DNA of 64,000 nucleotides from a virus: IMG/VR virus record IMGVR_UViG_3300045988_151578; one strand, written 5' to 3'. The notes beneath the pieces were generated by a model. It did no database searches, was not told the origin of the DNA, and saw only the letters and a list, made by a program, of their open reading frames with translations. Position 1 is the stretch's first letter; each line of letters starts with the position of its first letter. The position numbers were made by a program, and so were the translations under genes. This document shows, in pieces, positions 7,402-15,950 of this stretch.

Positions 7402-8126
7402 TATTTCTTGATTTTAGGTTTTCTCTTAAGTTCATTCATACGATCTAAATAATCCTGAGTAAATACATTTGGGTTAAATTCTGTATCATTAGCTATTAAC
7501 TTATCAGGATTATAATTCTCATAAACACTATAGAATATGGTATCGAAAGGTAATTTAGTAGTCATTTTACCATATTGAGGATACATAACTACTTGTACCA
7601 TTTGATTATTGTAATCTATTTCCTCTATAGTAGCATCTACACCTTCAAATGGATATTGCCTTAGTATCACATAATCACCGATTTTTAAATTCATTAGCTC
7701 TTCTACAGAATAAATCTTGTTTTTCTTAGCTAATCTCTTAAATCTAAAAACTTCAGATCTTGGTACAGTAGCTACCTTAGAAAAATCATCCCAATCTTCG
7801 GCATTATCAATACGTTTCTTTATCTTTTTATCGAATATTGTTTCTGGTGACTTTACCCAACCCCTTACTCCTGATATATTTCTCTTTAACTTGTTCAAAA
7901 AGGTTCTAGAATAAGCCTTACAAGTTGGCATTCTCATAAATCCATATTCGAAAAGAATGGGTACCTCTTCGAAATACATTTTACTTTTACGAGTTTTCTT
8001 TAATATCTGTAAAGTAGGGATTATAGCTTTTACATGCCTATATCCCTTATTAGCTAATTCATCGTTTATCCTCTTATAATATTTATTTTCTATATAAAAG
8101 AGGCAATAAGAATAAGGAGTTTTCAT
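7401..8126 (-). CDS. NusG/RfaH/UpxY-like transcription elongation (antitermination) factor
   Basis: NGN-like N-terminus: YCLFYI..INDELANKGY..VKAIIPT..EEVPILFEYGFMRM. KOW-like C-terminus: LKIGDYVILRQYPFEGVDATIEEIDYNNQMVQVVMYPQYGKMTTKLPFD. An insertion of about 70 aa lies between the two domains. Confidence 0.65.
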   Translation of the reverse strand: MKTPYSYCLFYIENKYYKRINDELANKGYRHVKAIIPTLQILKKTRKSKMYFEEVPILFEYGFMRMPTCKAYSRTFLNKLKRNISGVRGWVKSPETIFDKKIKKRIDNAEDWDDFSKVATVPRSEVFRFKRLAKKNKIYSVEELMNLKIGDYVILRQYPFEGVDATIEEIDYNNQMVQVVMYPQYGKMTTKLPFDTIFYSVYENYNPDKLIANDTEFNPNVFTQDYLDRMNELKRKPKIKK

Positions 8127-8131
8127 AATAT

Positions 8132-8650
8132 CTAAGAGTTTCTAAGTATAATTTTAGCTTGTTTATGTAAATACTTATAAGAAGTATTTAACATTTCACT
8201 AGCTTTAAATACATATAGTATAAAATCACCAGTTGATAAAACCATATAATGGGATAAATTATACTTTTTGTTTATTATCTCACCAAATGTATTATCAACC
8301 ACAAAAAAGAATTCCTCTCTTGGCATAGAATTATATCTCATACACAAGATAGGAACTTTATTAGATCTCTGAGAATCCCTATACGCTTGATCCCAGAATT
8401 TTATTATATCACAAGTTTTATTACCAAGTATTACATGTTCAAATTTGATATCCCTATAGGATTTACACTCTACAGAAATTTTACATCTATGAGCATGTTT
8501 ATCATCTACACAAGTAATATCAGAAGTAGCATCCTTATTAGAATGCCAAGCTCCACTCATTGGTACTCTTTCAAACTTATACCCAGTCCACGTAGTGAAC
8601 CATTTTGATACGTTTCTTTCAAATCTATTGCCTTTCCTTTTGCTATTCAT
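8132..8650 (-). CDS. PD-(D/E)xK nuclease, Hjc-like Holliday junction resolvase
   Basis: KRKGNRFERNVSKWF..SG.., then SDITC, then VECKS, which fits the resolvase-type D...E.K catalytic pattern. It sits next to the recombination genes. Confidence 0.55.
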   Translation of the reverse strand: MNSKRKGNRFERNVSKWFTTWTGYKFERVPMSGAWHSNKDATSDITCVDDKHAHRCKISVECKSYRDIKFEHVILGNKTCDIIKFWDQAYRDSQRSNKVPILCMRYNSMPREEFFFVVDNTFGEIINKKYNLSHYMVLSTGDFILYVFKASEMLNTSYKYLHKQAKIILRNS

Positions 8651-8673
8651 TGTATCGCCTTTTATAAATTACG

Positions 8674-10389
8674 TTATAGTAATTTATAGTTACTTAACCC
8701 ATTTACCTTTTCGGCTTGCAAAACTTTTACTTTAGACAATGGTAATGATTCTTGATGGGTTATTAAGAATAACGTCTTATCGGCAAATACTCTATCTAAT
8801 AGTTGAACTACTAATTCGATATTATCACTACTCAAAGATTCAAATACCTCATCTAAGAAAGCTATATTAAATCCCTGAGATACAGTTAACACTTCATTCA
8901 TAGCCAAAGCCATAGCAACATTAACTAATTGCTTTTCACCTCCAGATAGTTCACTATAATCAATTATTTTGTCTTCTTTATAAATATTGGTTACAAAATC
9001 TTTTCTAGCTGATTCTAAATCTATCATGAATTCTATCTTAAAACCTAAGATAGGTACATAACTATTAAGAGTATCATTAAGTAAACCTAAGCAACTATCA
9101 AATAAATAAGCTTTTATACCCTTATTACTAAGTGGATCATCCAATAACCACTGATAATCTTTGTAAGTAGCCAAAGATTTATCATATTTTAACTTTAGGG
9201 GTTTTATCTTATGCCTAATATTCTTAATATCAGCTTTAAAATTATCTAAAGAGGGTTTTTTATTATATCTCTCCTTAATACTGTTTATGTTATCATCTAT
9301 ACGTATTAATTCATCGTTAGCCTCTTGTATAAGGGATTTTAAGTGATATTCTCTTGTCTTCAATTCCTTTAATACTGTACGCTGTTCTAATAGTTTATTG
9401 TATTTATCTGTATAAAGTCTAACCTTTATAAAAGCATCTTTAAGCTTGGACAACAGTTTTAAAGACTTATTGTAATCTTTACATTTTATGTAATTATAAA
9501 TCTTATCTATAACTTCTTCCAATGGCTTATTTGATAGATTATTATATTTCGCTAATGTACGTTCAGTTTCTATTATATCATTAGTTAAAGATTTAAATTT
9601 ACTATCTAAGTCTTTAAGATTTGGATCACTTAAATCTTGATTTAGCTTATGAATTTTCTTTACTACTTCTAATCTAGAAACTTCCTGACGTTTAATATCT
9701 TTGAGATACTGATTTTTATTCTTTAAGTTTTCAGATTTAGCCAATCTCTTAAACCTTTTCAAATTATCTAGACGATCACTTAGAATATTTAGATCATTCT
9801 CCATATCTAAAATATTTTCTCTAAGTGTATCTTTTCTACCTTTAGCAATATCTTTTGCGGTATTTATAAAATTAAGGTTAAATATTTCCTCGAATATGGC
9901 TTTCTTATCTGAATTAGTTTCCTGGATTAGTCTTTTTAATCCCTGACCAAACATTATGGAGTTTATAAATAAATCAAAGTTAACTCCTATGGTTTGATTT
10001 ATCTGATTCTGTATACCAAACTTACCTTTTAGTTCTGTTGGATACCCATCTTTTAAAAATATAAGCCTATCTCTACCCTCAGAACCATCACTGAGAATAC
10101 CCTTATACTTTTGACACCTTATTACTTGATATGTATAGCCATCTTTTTGAAAATATATTTCTACTTTTACTCCCTGGTAATCCTTAGTACGATATTTTTC
10201 CCAAGTTAATACGTCAGACTTACCTTTTAGGTTTTTTCCAAATAATACCCAAGCTATTGCTCCAAATATGGAGGATTTACCCATACCATTATTACCTCGT
10301 ATTACTACAGTATTTGGTACGTTAAGATTTAGGTACAGTTCATTAATAGAACAAAATCCATTTACATTTAGGTTAAGAAATTTTATCAT
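8674..10389 (-). CDS. Rad50/SbcC-like ATPase (T4 gp46 analogue)
   Basis: Walker A GNNGMGKSSIF, a long central coiled coil, ABC signature LSGGEKQL and Walker B AFLDEVFESL. It is paired with an Mre11-like gene. Confidence 0.85.
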   Translation of the reverse strand: MIKFLNLNVNGFCSINELYLNLNVPNTVVIRGNNGMGKSSIFGAIAWVLFGKNLKGKSDVLTWEKYRTKDYQGVKVEIYFQKDGYTYQVIRCQKYKGILSDGSEGRDRLIFLKDGYPTELKGKFGIQNQINQTIGVNFDLFINSIMFGQGLKRLIQETNSDKKAIFEEIFNLNFINTAKDIAKGRKDTLRENILDMENDLNILSDRLDNLKRFKRLAKSENLKNKNQYLKDIKRQEVSRLEVVKKIHKLNQDLSDPNLKDLDSKFKSLTNDIIETERTLAKYNNLSNKPLEEVIDKIYNYIKCKDYNKSLKLLSKLKDAFIKVRLYTDKYNKLLEQRTVLKELKTREYHLKSLIQEANDELIRIDDNINSIKERYNKKPSLDNFKADIKNIRHKIKPLKLKYDKSLATYKDYQWLLDDPLSNKGIKAYLFDSCLGLLNDTLNSYVPILGFKIEFMIDLESARKDFVTNIYKEDKIIDYSELSGGEKQLVNVAMALAMNEVLTVSQGFNIAFLDEVFESLSSDNIELVVQLLDRVFADKTLFLITHQESLPLSKVKVLQAEKVNGLSNYKLL

Positions 10390-10400
10390 AATACACCTCC

Positions 10401-11357
10401 CTAAGATTCACTCTCCTTTAAAACATTAATTAATAAATTCTGCTTATCAATATCTTTTATGCCTTTAGCTTTCATATAACGTTTTGCTAGTAATCTTTTA
10501 CTTAGTCTTTTAGTAATCTTATGTTTTACTTCTAAATTATTACTAGATTTAGGAGGTAAAACCGTATAATAATTACCATCATCTAATACTTCATCTTCAG
10601 ATTCTACATCGATAAATTTAGGATATCCTTTTAGGTGAACAAATTTCATACTAAGGTCTTGGTATAATTCCCAATATCCCATTTTACAATCTCTATCAGT
10701 ACGTCTTTGTTGTAAAGGAGCACCAATCATATAAACCTTCTTAGATAGCCTTTGTGGTTTATGAATATGACCACATAATACTAGATCAAATCTATTAAGG
10801 GTATTTAAATTAAGATTTTCAACAGAACCAACTTCCCTGCCATCAGTATCTTTAGCTCCTGGGTAATCTGTATGAAGTAAGAGTATGTTTTTGTAATACT
10901 TATCTAGCTTTACTTTATTAAGATAATCACTTAACCCAATATTATGGTCTATATATGGTACACCATATACCCTTATTTTACCATTTATTACAATATAATC
11001 ATAATCTATTTGAGTAAACCCATAATGAGTTAAAAGAGTAATCCAACTAAAGGGTTTTACTCCAATATTACTTACGTGTTTTATATCGTGGTTACCAGAT
11101 ATACAATAGAAATTCTGTCCCAGGAATTCATCTGATAGTTTATCATGAATTAATTCCATAAGATCCTGATCTATGTTTTCTGGTTTATGCAACATATCTC
11201 CACAAAATAAAGCTGGGCATTTATACTTATTACATAAAGATTTAATATGAAAGAGAACCCTAATCTGATTTAGGGTTCTCTCATTATCTTGGTTGAACTT
11301 AGACCATATATTTAGATGTAAGTCCGAAAATATTATAGCTATGGGTTTATTTTTCAT
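10401..11357 (-). CDS. Mre11/SbcD-like nuclease (T4 gp47 analogue)
   Basis: Calcineurin-like phosphoesterase motifs: IFSDLHL, CGDMLH, GNHD, LLLHT, CGHIH. Confidence 0.85.
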   Translation of the reverse strand: MKNKPIAIIFSDLHLNIWSKFNQDNERTLNQIRVLFHIKSLCNKYKCPALFCGDMLHKPENIDQDLMELIHDKLSDEFLGQNFYCISGNHDIKHVSNIGVKPFSWITLLTHYGFTQIDYDYIVINGKIRVYGVPYIDHNIGLSDYLNKVKLDKYYKNILLLHTDYPGAKDTDGREVGSVENLNLNTLNRFDLVLCGHIHKPQRLSKKVYMIGAPLQQRRTDRDCKMGYWELYQDLSMKFVHLKGYPKFIDVESEDEVLDDGNYYTVLPPKSSNNLEVKHKITKRLSKRLLAKRYMKAKGIKDIDKQNLLINVLKESES

Positions 11358-11361
11358 AATA

Positions 11362-12123
11362 TTATCCTATAATATCCCATTTATTACCAAATGAATCATC
11401 AAATAAATCCTCTACGGGTATTTCTACATAATTTGGTAAAGAAGTGATATTATCTTTACCAGGAGATTTTATAAAATCTCCGCAAAGTCTTAACCTCTTA
11501 TCATGATATAATTCGTCTATTATCAAAACTCTTAGAGATTCTTTATTAGAATTAAACAAGTAACCATATACTATATTACGATCTTGTTTGATAACTTTAA
11601 ATCCCCATAAATTCAATAGAAACTCCATAGTATGGTATACTTGCATTTGAAAATACCTACTGGTGATCCTTTTACTATTATTCTCTATTGACCAATCTAT
11701 ATCTTTAGGAGTATAACCTAGTATGATAAGACGATTACAGTGTTTAAACAACAAGTTTAGGCATAGACCAAGAAAATGTTCCATTTCACAATCTGGTAGA
11801 TATTTAGATTGCTTAAGGAAAAAATAAGTAGCTAAATCCAAATAACCTCTATCAGTAATGTAATCATTACCTTCATCTATATAAGAACGGTATAGTTTAG
11901 ATCTAAGGTTTAATAGTTTAGCATCCTGCATATACAATTCTCTTGAATCCTTAGACAACATATCTAAATGACTTACATTTTTTGTATCTGGTACTAAATC
12001 AGACATAGAGCTTGATACAAAATTAAGTTCATTTTCCATGTTTAAATACTTTGGTAAAGCTTTAGCTAAAGTGGTTTTACCAATACCACTTGGACCGGAT
12101 ATTTGTACGTATTTTTTACACAT
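11362..12123 (-). CDS. P-loop deoxynucleoside / dNMP kinase-like protein
   Basis: Walker A ISGPSGIGKTTLAKAL, a DRG..D..TYF segment (ITDRGYLDLATYF) and a basic lid-like KRITSRY. Confidence 0.5.
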   Translation of the reverse strand: MCKKYVQISGPSGIGKTTLAKALPKYLNMENELNFVSSSMSDLVPDTKNVSHLDMLSKDSRELYMQDAKLLNLRSKLYRSYIDEGNDYITDRGYLDLATYFFLKQSKYLPDCEMEHFLGLCLNLLFKHCNRLIILGYTPKDIDWSIENNSKRITSRYFQMQVYHTMEFLLNLWGFKVIKQDRNIVYGYLFNSNKESLRVLIIDELYHDKRLRLCGDFIKSPGKDNITSLPNYVEIPVEDLFDDSFGNKWDIIG

Positions 12124-12125
12124 AA

Positions 12126-13019
12126 TTATTTATTATATAAAGTTGTAAATGGTTTTATAAAGTCTATAGTAAGAAACGACATAAGTGAGTATGAGATACA
12201 TATCTTCTTCAACTTATCTCTATTTATAGGTTTATTTACATATACTATAGGCATTTCAGATAGTGGATAAGTATCTATAAAATATCTAAGATCTATAAGT
12301 TTCTTATTTATTTCAGATATCTCTTCTATATTTTCTTTACAACCCTGTTTTATAGCTTCTTTAATACTACCATACTTATCTAAGAATTTACGGGTTTTTA
12401 CTGGACCCATACCTTTTACACCGGGTATATCATCAGAATTATCTCCAACTAATGATAGATAATCTACAGTCTCTTCAGGAGAATAACCAAATTCTTTAAT
12501 ACAGGTTTTATCATAGATAATCTTCTCTTTCCTGGGATTGAATATCTTTACGTTCTTACTCAATAGTTGATTAAAGTCCTTATCAGATGATATAATGGTT
12601 ATCTTAGTATTACCATCATTATATACCTTTAATAATAGAAAAGCCAATAGATCATCTCCCTCATAGTTAGTAGATTTATTTTCATCATATACATAGGGTA
12701 CTCTCAATAACTTAAGTATTTTAAGTATCACCTTCTTTTGAGATTGTAATGACTCATAATCTATAGAAATATTCTTACGATGTCCTTTATAATTAGGTAA
12801 TAAGCAAGTCCTATAAGGTGAATGTCCATTATCAAAGGTTATATTTACTGCGTCAGGATCAAATCTTCTGAGATACATATTCAGGGATTTAAAAAATCCA
12901 AAAATAGCTCCTGAAGGTTTACCATCACCAGACTTTAAATTAGTAAACTTGTGAAAAGATTGATGGAGTATATTTTCTCCATCAATCAGTAATACTTTCT
13001 TATGTTTATTATCTTTCAT
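12126..13019 (-). CDS. 5'-3' exonuclease / flap endonuclease (FEN, RNase H-like)
   Basis: VLLIDGENILHQSFH, SSDKDFNQL, and an H3TH motif GDNSDDIPGVKGMGPVKTRKFL. Confidence 0.9.
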   Translation of the reverse strand: MKDNKHKKVLLIDGENILHQSFHKFTNLKSGDGKPSGAIFGFFKSLNMYLRRFDPDAVNITFDNGHSPYRTCLLPNYKGHRKNISIDYESLQSQKKVILKILKLLRVPYVYDENKSTNYEGDDLLAFLLLKVYNDGNTKITIISSDKDFNQLLSKNVKIFNPRKEKIIYDKTCIKEFGYSPEETVDYLSLVGDNSDDIPGVKGMGPVKTRKFLDKYGSIKEAIKQGCKENIEEISEINKKLIDLRYFIDTYPLSEMPIVYVNKPINRDKLKKICISYSLMSFLTIDFIKPFTTLYNK

Positions 13020-13035
13020 AATATATAATATTTAT

Positions 13036-14175
13036 TTATTCATCATAGTCTTCCTCTTCTTCAGGAGAATAGGATTCATATTCTACTCCATCCACTGGGA
13101 AATAATTAGTAGTTAATTTAGATAAAGCTTTCTTAGTAGTACCTATAGTATTAATATGAGCTTTTCTAAGTAACTTTCTTCTAAGTTCATCATCTTCTTC
13201 CAATAATTTTTGGAATTTCTCTTCTCCTCTAGCTAGAGTTTCTCCTTTATATTTATAAACTCCTCCGGATGATTTTTCTATAATGGCATTTTCTATTAAT
13301 ACATCATCTAAACCAAAACACCTATCAAAGCCTACTTCATGAAATTTAGGATTGAAATATACAGGACATTTGCTTAGAGTTGGTCTTGGAGGAGCAACCT
13401 TATTTTTAATAAGTCTAATAGTTACTAATTTACCTGCTCTACGTTCCTTACCATGTTGTTTTACAGTTATGGATCTACCTGCATAAAAAGCAGCTCTTAT
13501 AGAAGACCAGAATTTTAATGCAGCTCCTCCAGTTGTTGTTGTATTATCTTTACCAAATCCAACATTCAAAGCTGTTCTTAACTGGTTTATATAAATCTGA
13601 GTTACTCCTAATCTATAAAATAATTCACTGCGTATTCTGAAATATTTATATAGGGCTTTAGCTCTACCTCCCATCTCAGCTTTACTTCCTACCATTTTAG
13701 AATCTATATTATCAGAACAATCCATAGCAGCTATAGAATCTATAACCAATAATATGGGTTCATTATGAACTAATTGTGATCTTAGATATAAAGCAATATC
13801 TGCTACAGCATCTGATATGTATTCTATTCGTGTATCATTTATAACTGTAACCTTAGCAGGATCAACCCCATTAGTTTCAGCCCATGAATTCATCCAAGAT
13901 TGTTCTGCATCTACCCATATTACATGACCACCTAACTGTTGACAAGAATATGCAAAGTTATAAGCTATTAAAGATTTACCAGAACTTTCTTCTCCAGCTA
14001 CTTCTAAAATTTTACCAAATGGTATGCCTCCTCCAAAGGTATAATTTAATGCAAAAAATGTAGAAGGTAACCATAATCCTGATTCCTTAGTATCAGAAGC
14101 TAATTTAACTATATCCCCATATTTCTTAAAGAGATCATTCTTAGTAGGGATTTTTAAAGAACCATTTTTAGCCAT
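13036..14175 (-). CDS. RecA/UvsX-family recombinase
   Basis: Walker A GEESSGKSLIA, VIWVDAEQS, Walker B LLVIDSIAAM, followed by an acidic C-terminal tail. Confidence 0.85.
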   Translation of the reverse strand: MAKNGSLKIPTKNDLFKKYGDIVKLASDTKESGLWLPSTFFALNYTFGGGIPFGKILEVAGEESSGKSLIAYNFAYSCQQLGGHVIWVDAEQSWMNSWAETNGVDPAKVTVINDTRIEYISDAVADIALYLRSQLVHNEPILLVIDSIAAMDCSDNIDSKMVGSKAEMGGRAKALYKYFRIRSELFYRLGVTQIYINQLRTALNVGFGKDNTTTTGGAALKFWSSIRAAFYAGRSITVKQHGKERRAGKLVTIRLIKNKVAPPRPTLSKCPVYFNPKFHEVGFDRCFGLDDVLIENAIIEKSSGGVYKYKGETLARGEEKFQKLLEEDDELRRKLLRKAHINTIGTTKKALSKLTTNYFPVDGVEYESYSPEEEEDYDE

Positions 14176-14201
14176 ATAATGTAATTAAATTTGAGTTAAA
14201 C

Positions 14202-14236
14202 AAAAAGGGAGGAACAATTACTAGAACCATTCCCCC
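14202..14236 (-). terminator. putative rho-independent terminator after CDS 14270-15085
   Basis: In the minus-strand RNA, GGGGGAA (14236-14230) pairs with UUCCUCC (14214-14208) including one G:U pair, with a 15-nt loop. It is followed by CUUUUUG. Confidence 0.45.
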
Positions 14237-14269
14237 ACAACTAAATTTTATGAACTCGTATTATTAAAA

Positions 14270-15085
14270 CTAAATATCCGATTTGTATCTCTTACCCGAA
14301 GATTTTACCTTCTTTTTATCTTTTTTATGTATACTCTTAGATTTTTTGGGTTTCTCATCTCCATCCTCATCTTCAGGACTTTCATTTAAGAACTTAGAAA
14401 GCATTTCCTCCAACTCATCATAAGATTTAATTTGGTTTCTTACAATACCTTCTAGATCTATTGTACCTCTATATTTTTTATCCAATTTTGAAGCTTTACA
14501 AGCTCTTACAGAATAAGTAGTATCCAATTTACCAGAACCAGATCTACTAATCTTTATGTCATACCCATTTATTGGATCAGTCATATCACCATAATCATCC
14601 TCATCAAGGTATAGATCTATGATATCCTGATATACGGATGAAGATATAAGTACTCCCTTATCATTTCCATCATAATCGGGTTTAGTACCTTTCTCATCTT
14701 CATAAATGATACCACCGATAACGTATTTTCTCCTTGGTATAAGCTTTTTAGCTAAAGCCTTATCATCGTCATCTTTAGAATTTTTCAATTCCTGGTATTT
14801 ATCCATAAATGGACATGGATCACCAAATGTAGCCGGAGAAATTATACCACCAATTTCGGGGTTCGGATAAAATTGAATAATTTCTATACCTAACTCTTTA
14901 TCATCTCCTGGAGATTTCATCCTTATTCGAGTAATACCCTCTTTAGGAAATACCAATCCACCACCTCCATTTGATCTAGAAGCCAATTGTTTTTTTCTGG
15001 CTAACATCTTCTCTTTAGTAGAAGACCCCTTTTCTGAAAGTTTCTTTTTAAAGTCTACCATAATTATTTTATTTATTGTTTTCAA
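14270..15085 (-). CDS. single-stranded DNA-binding protein (T4 gp32-like)
   Basis: The overall pattern parallels gp32: a basic N-terminus, ..RIRMKSPGDD.., KGVLISSSVYQDIIDLY, DPINGYDIKISRSGSGKLDTTYSV, and KSYDELEEMLSKFL followed by an acidic/basic tail. It sits beside the recombinase. Confidence 0.55.
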   Translation of the reverse strand: MKTINKIIMVDFKKKLSEKGSSTKEKMLARKKQLASRSNGGGGLVFPKEGITRIRMKSPGDDKELGIEIIQFYPNPEIGGIISPATFGDPCPFMDKYQELKNSKDDDDKALAKKLIPRRKYVIGGIIYEDEKGTKPDYDGNDKGVLISSSVYQDIIDLYLDEDDYGDMTDPINGYDIKISRSGSGKLDTTYSVRACKASKLDKKYRGTIDLEGIVRNQIKSYDELEEMLSKFLNESPEDEDGDEKPKKSKSIHKKDKKKVKSSGKRYKSDI

Positions 15086-15461
15086 TATAAGCTATCTCAT
15101 TCAATGATAGAATAGTTAGATTGTTATCATCTAGTATATGTCTCAAATCCTCTGGGAATATGTCTGGTGATAGTTCTAACTCTTTACCGGCATATAAACC
15201 ATAAGTTACTATACTTCCGATGTGTAAAACTTTTTTCATAAAGTTTTCATCATCAGTTATGTGACTTATCTGAACTACTACTCCTTTTTTAGGTTTACTG
15301 TTATCAGCAGTACCCGGGATAATAATACTACCACTCTTGGTTTCTCCTGTTGGAGATAGTATCAATACTTTATTCTCACTGGGTACACCCTGATTAGATA
15401 ATACTTTGTTGATCTTATTAGCTTGATCAACACTGATGTAATTTAAATCGATATTCATCAT
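15069..15461 (-). CDS. GroES/Cpn10-like co-chaperonin (T4 gp31 analogue)
   Basis: NKVLILSPTGETKSGSIIIPGTADNSKPKKGVVVQISH..IGSIVTYGLYAGKELEL..LTILSLNEIAYI follows the GroES pattern, including the mobile-loop region. Confidence 0.65.
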   Translation of the reverse strand: MMNIDLNYISVDQANKINKVLSNQGVPSENKVLILSPTGETKSGSIIIPGTADNSKPKKGVVVQISHITDDENFMKKVLHIGSIVTYGLYAGKELELSPDIFPEDLRHILDDNNLTILSLNEIAYIENNK

Positions 15462-15490
15462 ATTAATAAGAATTTAGTAAATATTTATAG

Positions 15491-15946
15491 TTAAAAGTTC
15501 ATCTTCCTTAGATTGGCATTTAGAGTTCTCAATACTTCTATCCTGTTTTCATAAGCTTTACATAGAGATATAAATTTACTGGCCTTTTCACAGGATTGTA
15601 TATATCTTTCACATAATGACAAATATTTTTGATTAGTACTGGCTTTATTATCTACATAATCATTATTCCATCTTTCATTGGCTTCTTTATAAAATATCCA
15701 AGCTTTAGAATATGCTTTATCTCTCTCCATGGATAGAGTATCTCTTTTCTTTATAAGGTAATCTCTAACTATACATAAGATATATAGGTTAAATGAAGAG
15801 TCTCTTAATTGAGTTTCTATATTATTCTTATCTATATGAAACTCTTTAGATACATCTATATAATAAGTTTTACCTTCTACTCTTACTTTTATGGGTTTTA
15901 TACCTATATCTTTCAAATTATGTATACTTACGGATGATTTTTTCAT
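15491..15946 (-). CDS. hypothetical protein (start probably 15946, not 15979)
   Basis: The longest ORF overlaps the polymerase 3' end by 29 nt. The in-frame ATG at 15946 (MKKSSVS..) begins 5 nt after the polymerase stop codon. Confidence 0.55.
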   Translation of the reverse strand: MKKSSVSIHNLKDIGIKPIKVRVEGKTYYIDVSKEFHIDKNNIETQLRDSSFNLYILCIVRDYLIKKRDTLSMERDKAYSKAWIFYKEANERWNNDYVDNKASTNQKYLSLCERYIQSCEKASKFISLCKAYENRIEVLRTLNANLRKMNF

Positions 15947-15950
15947 AATT

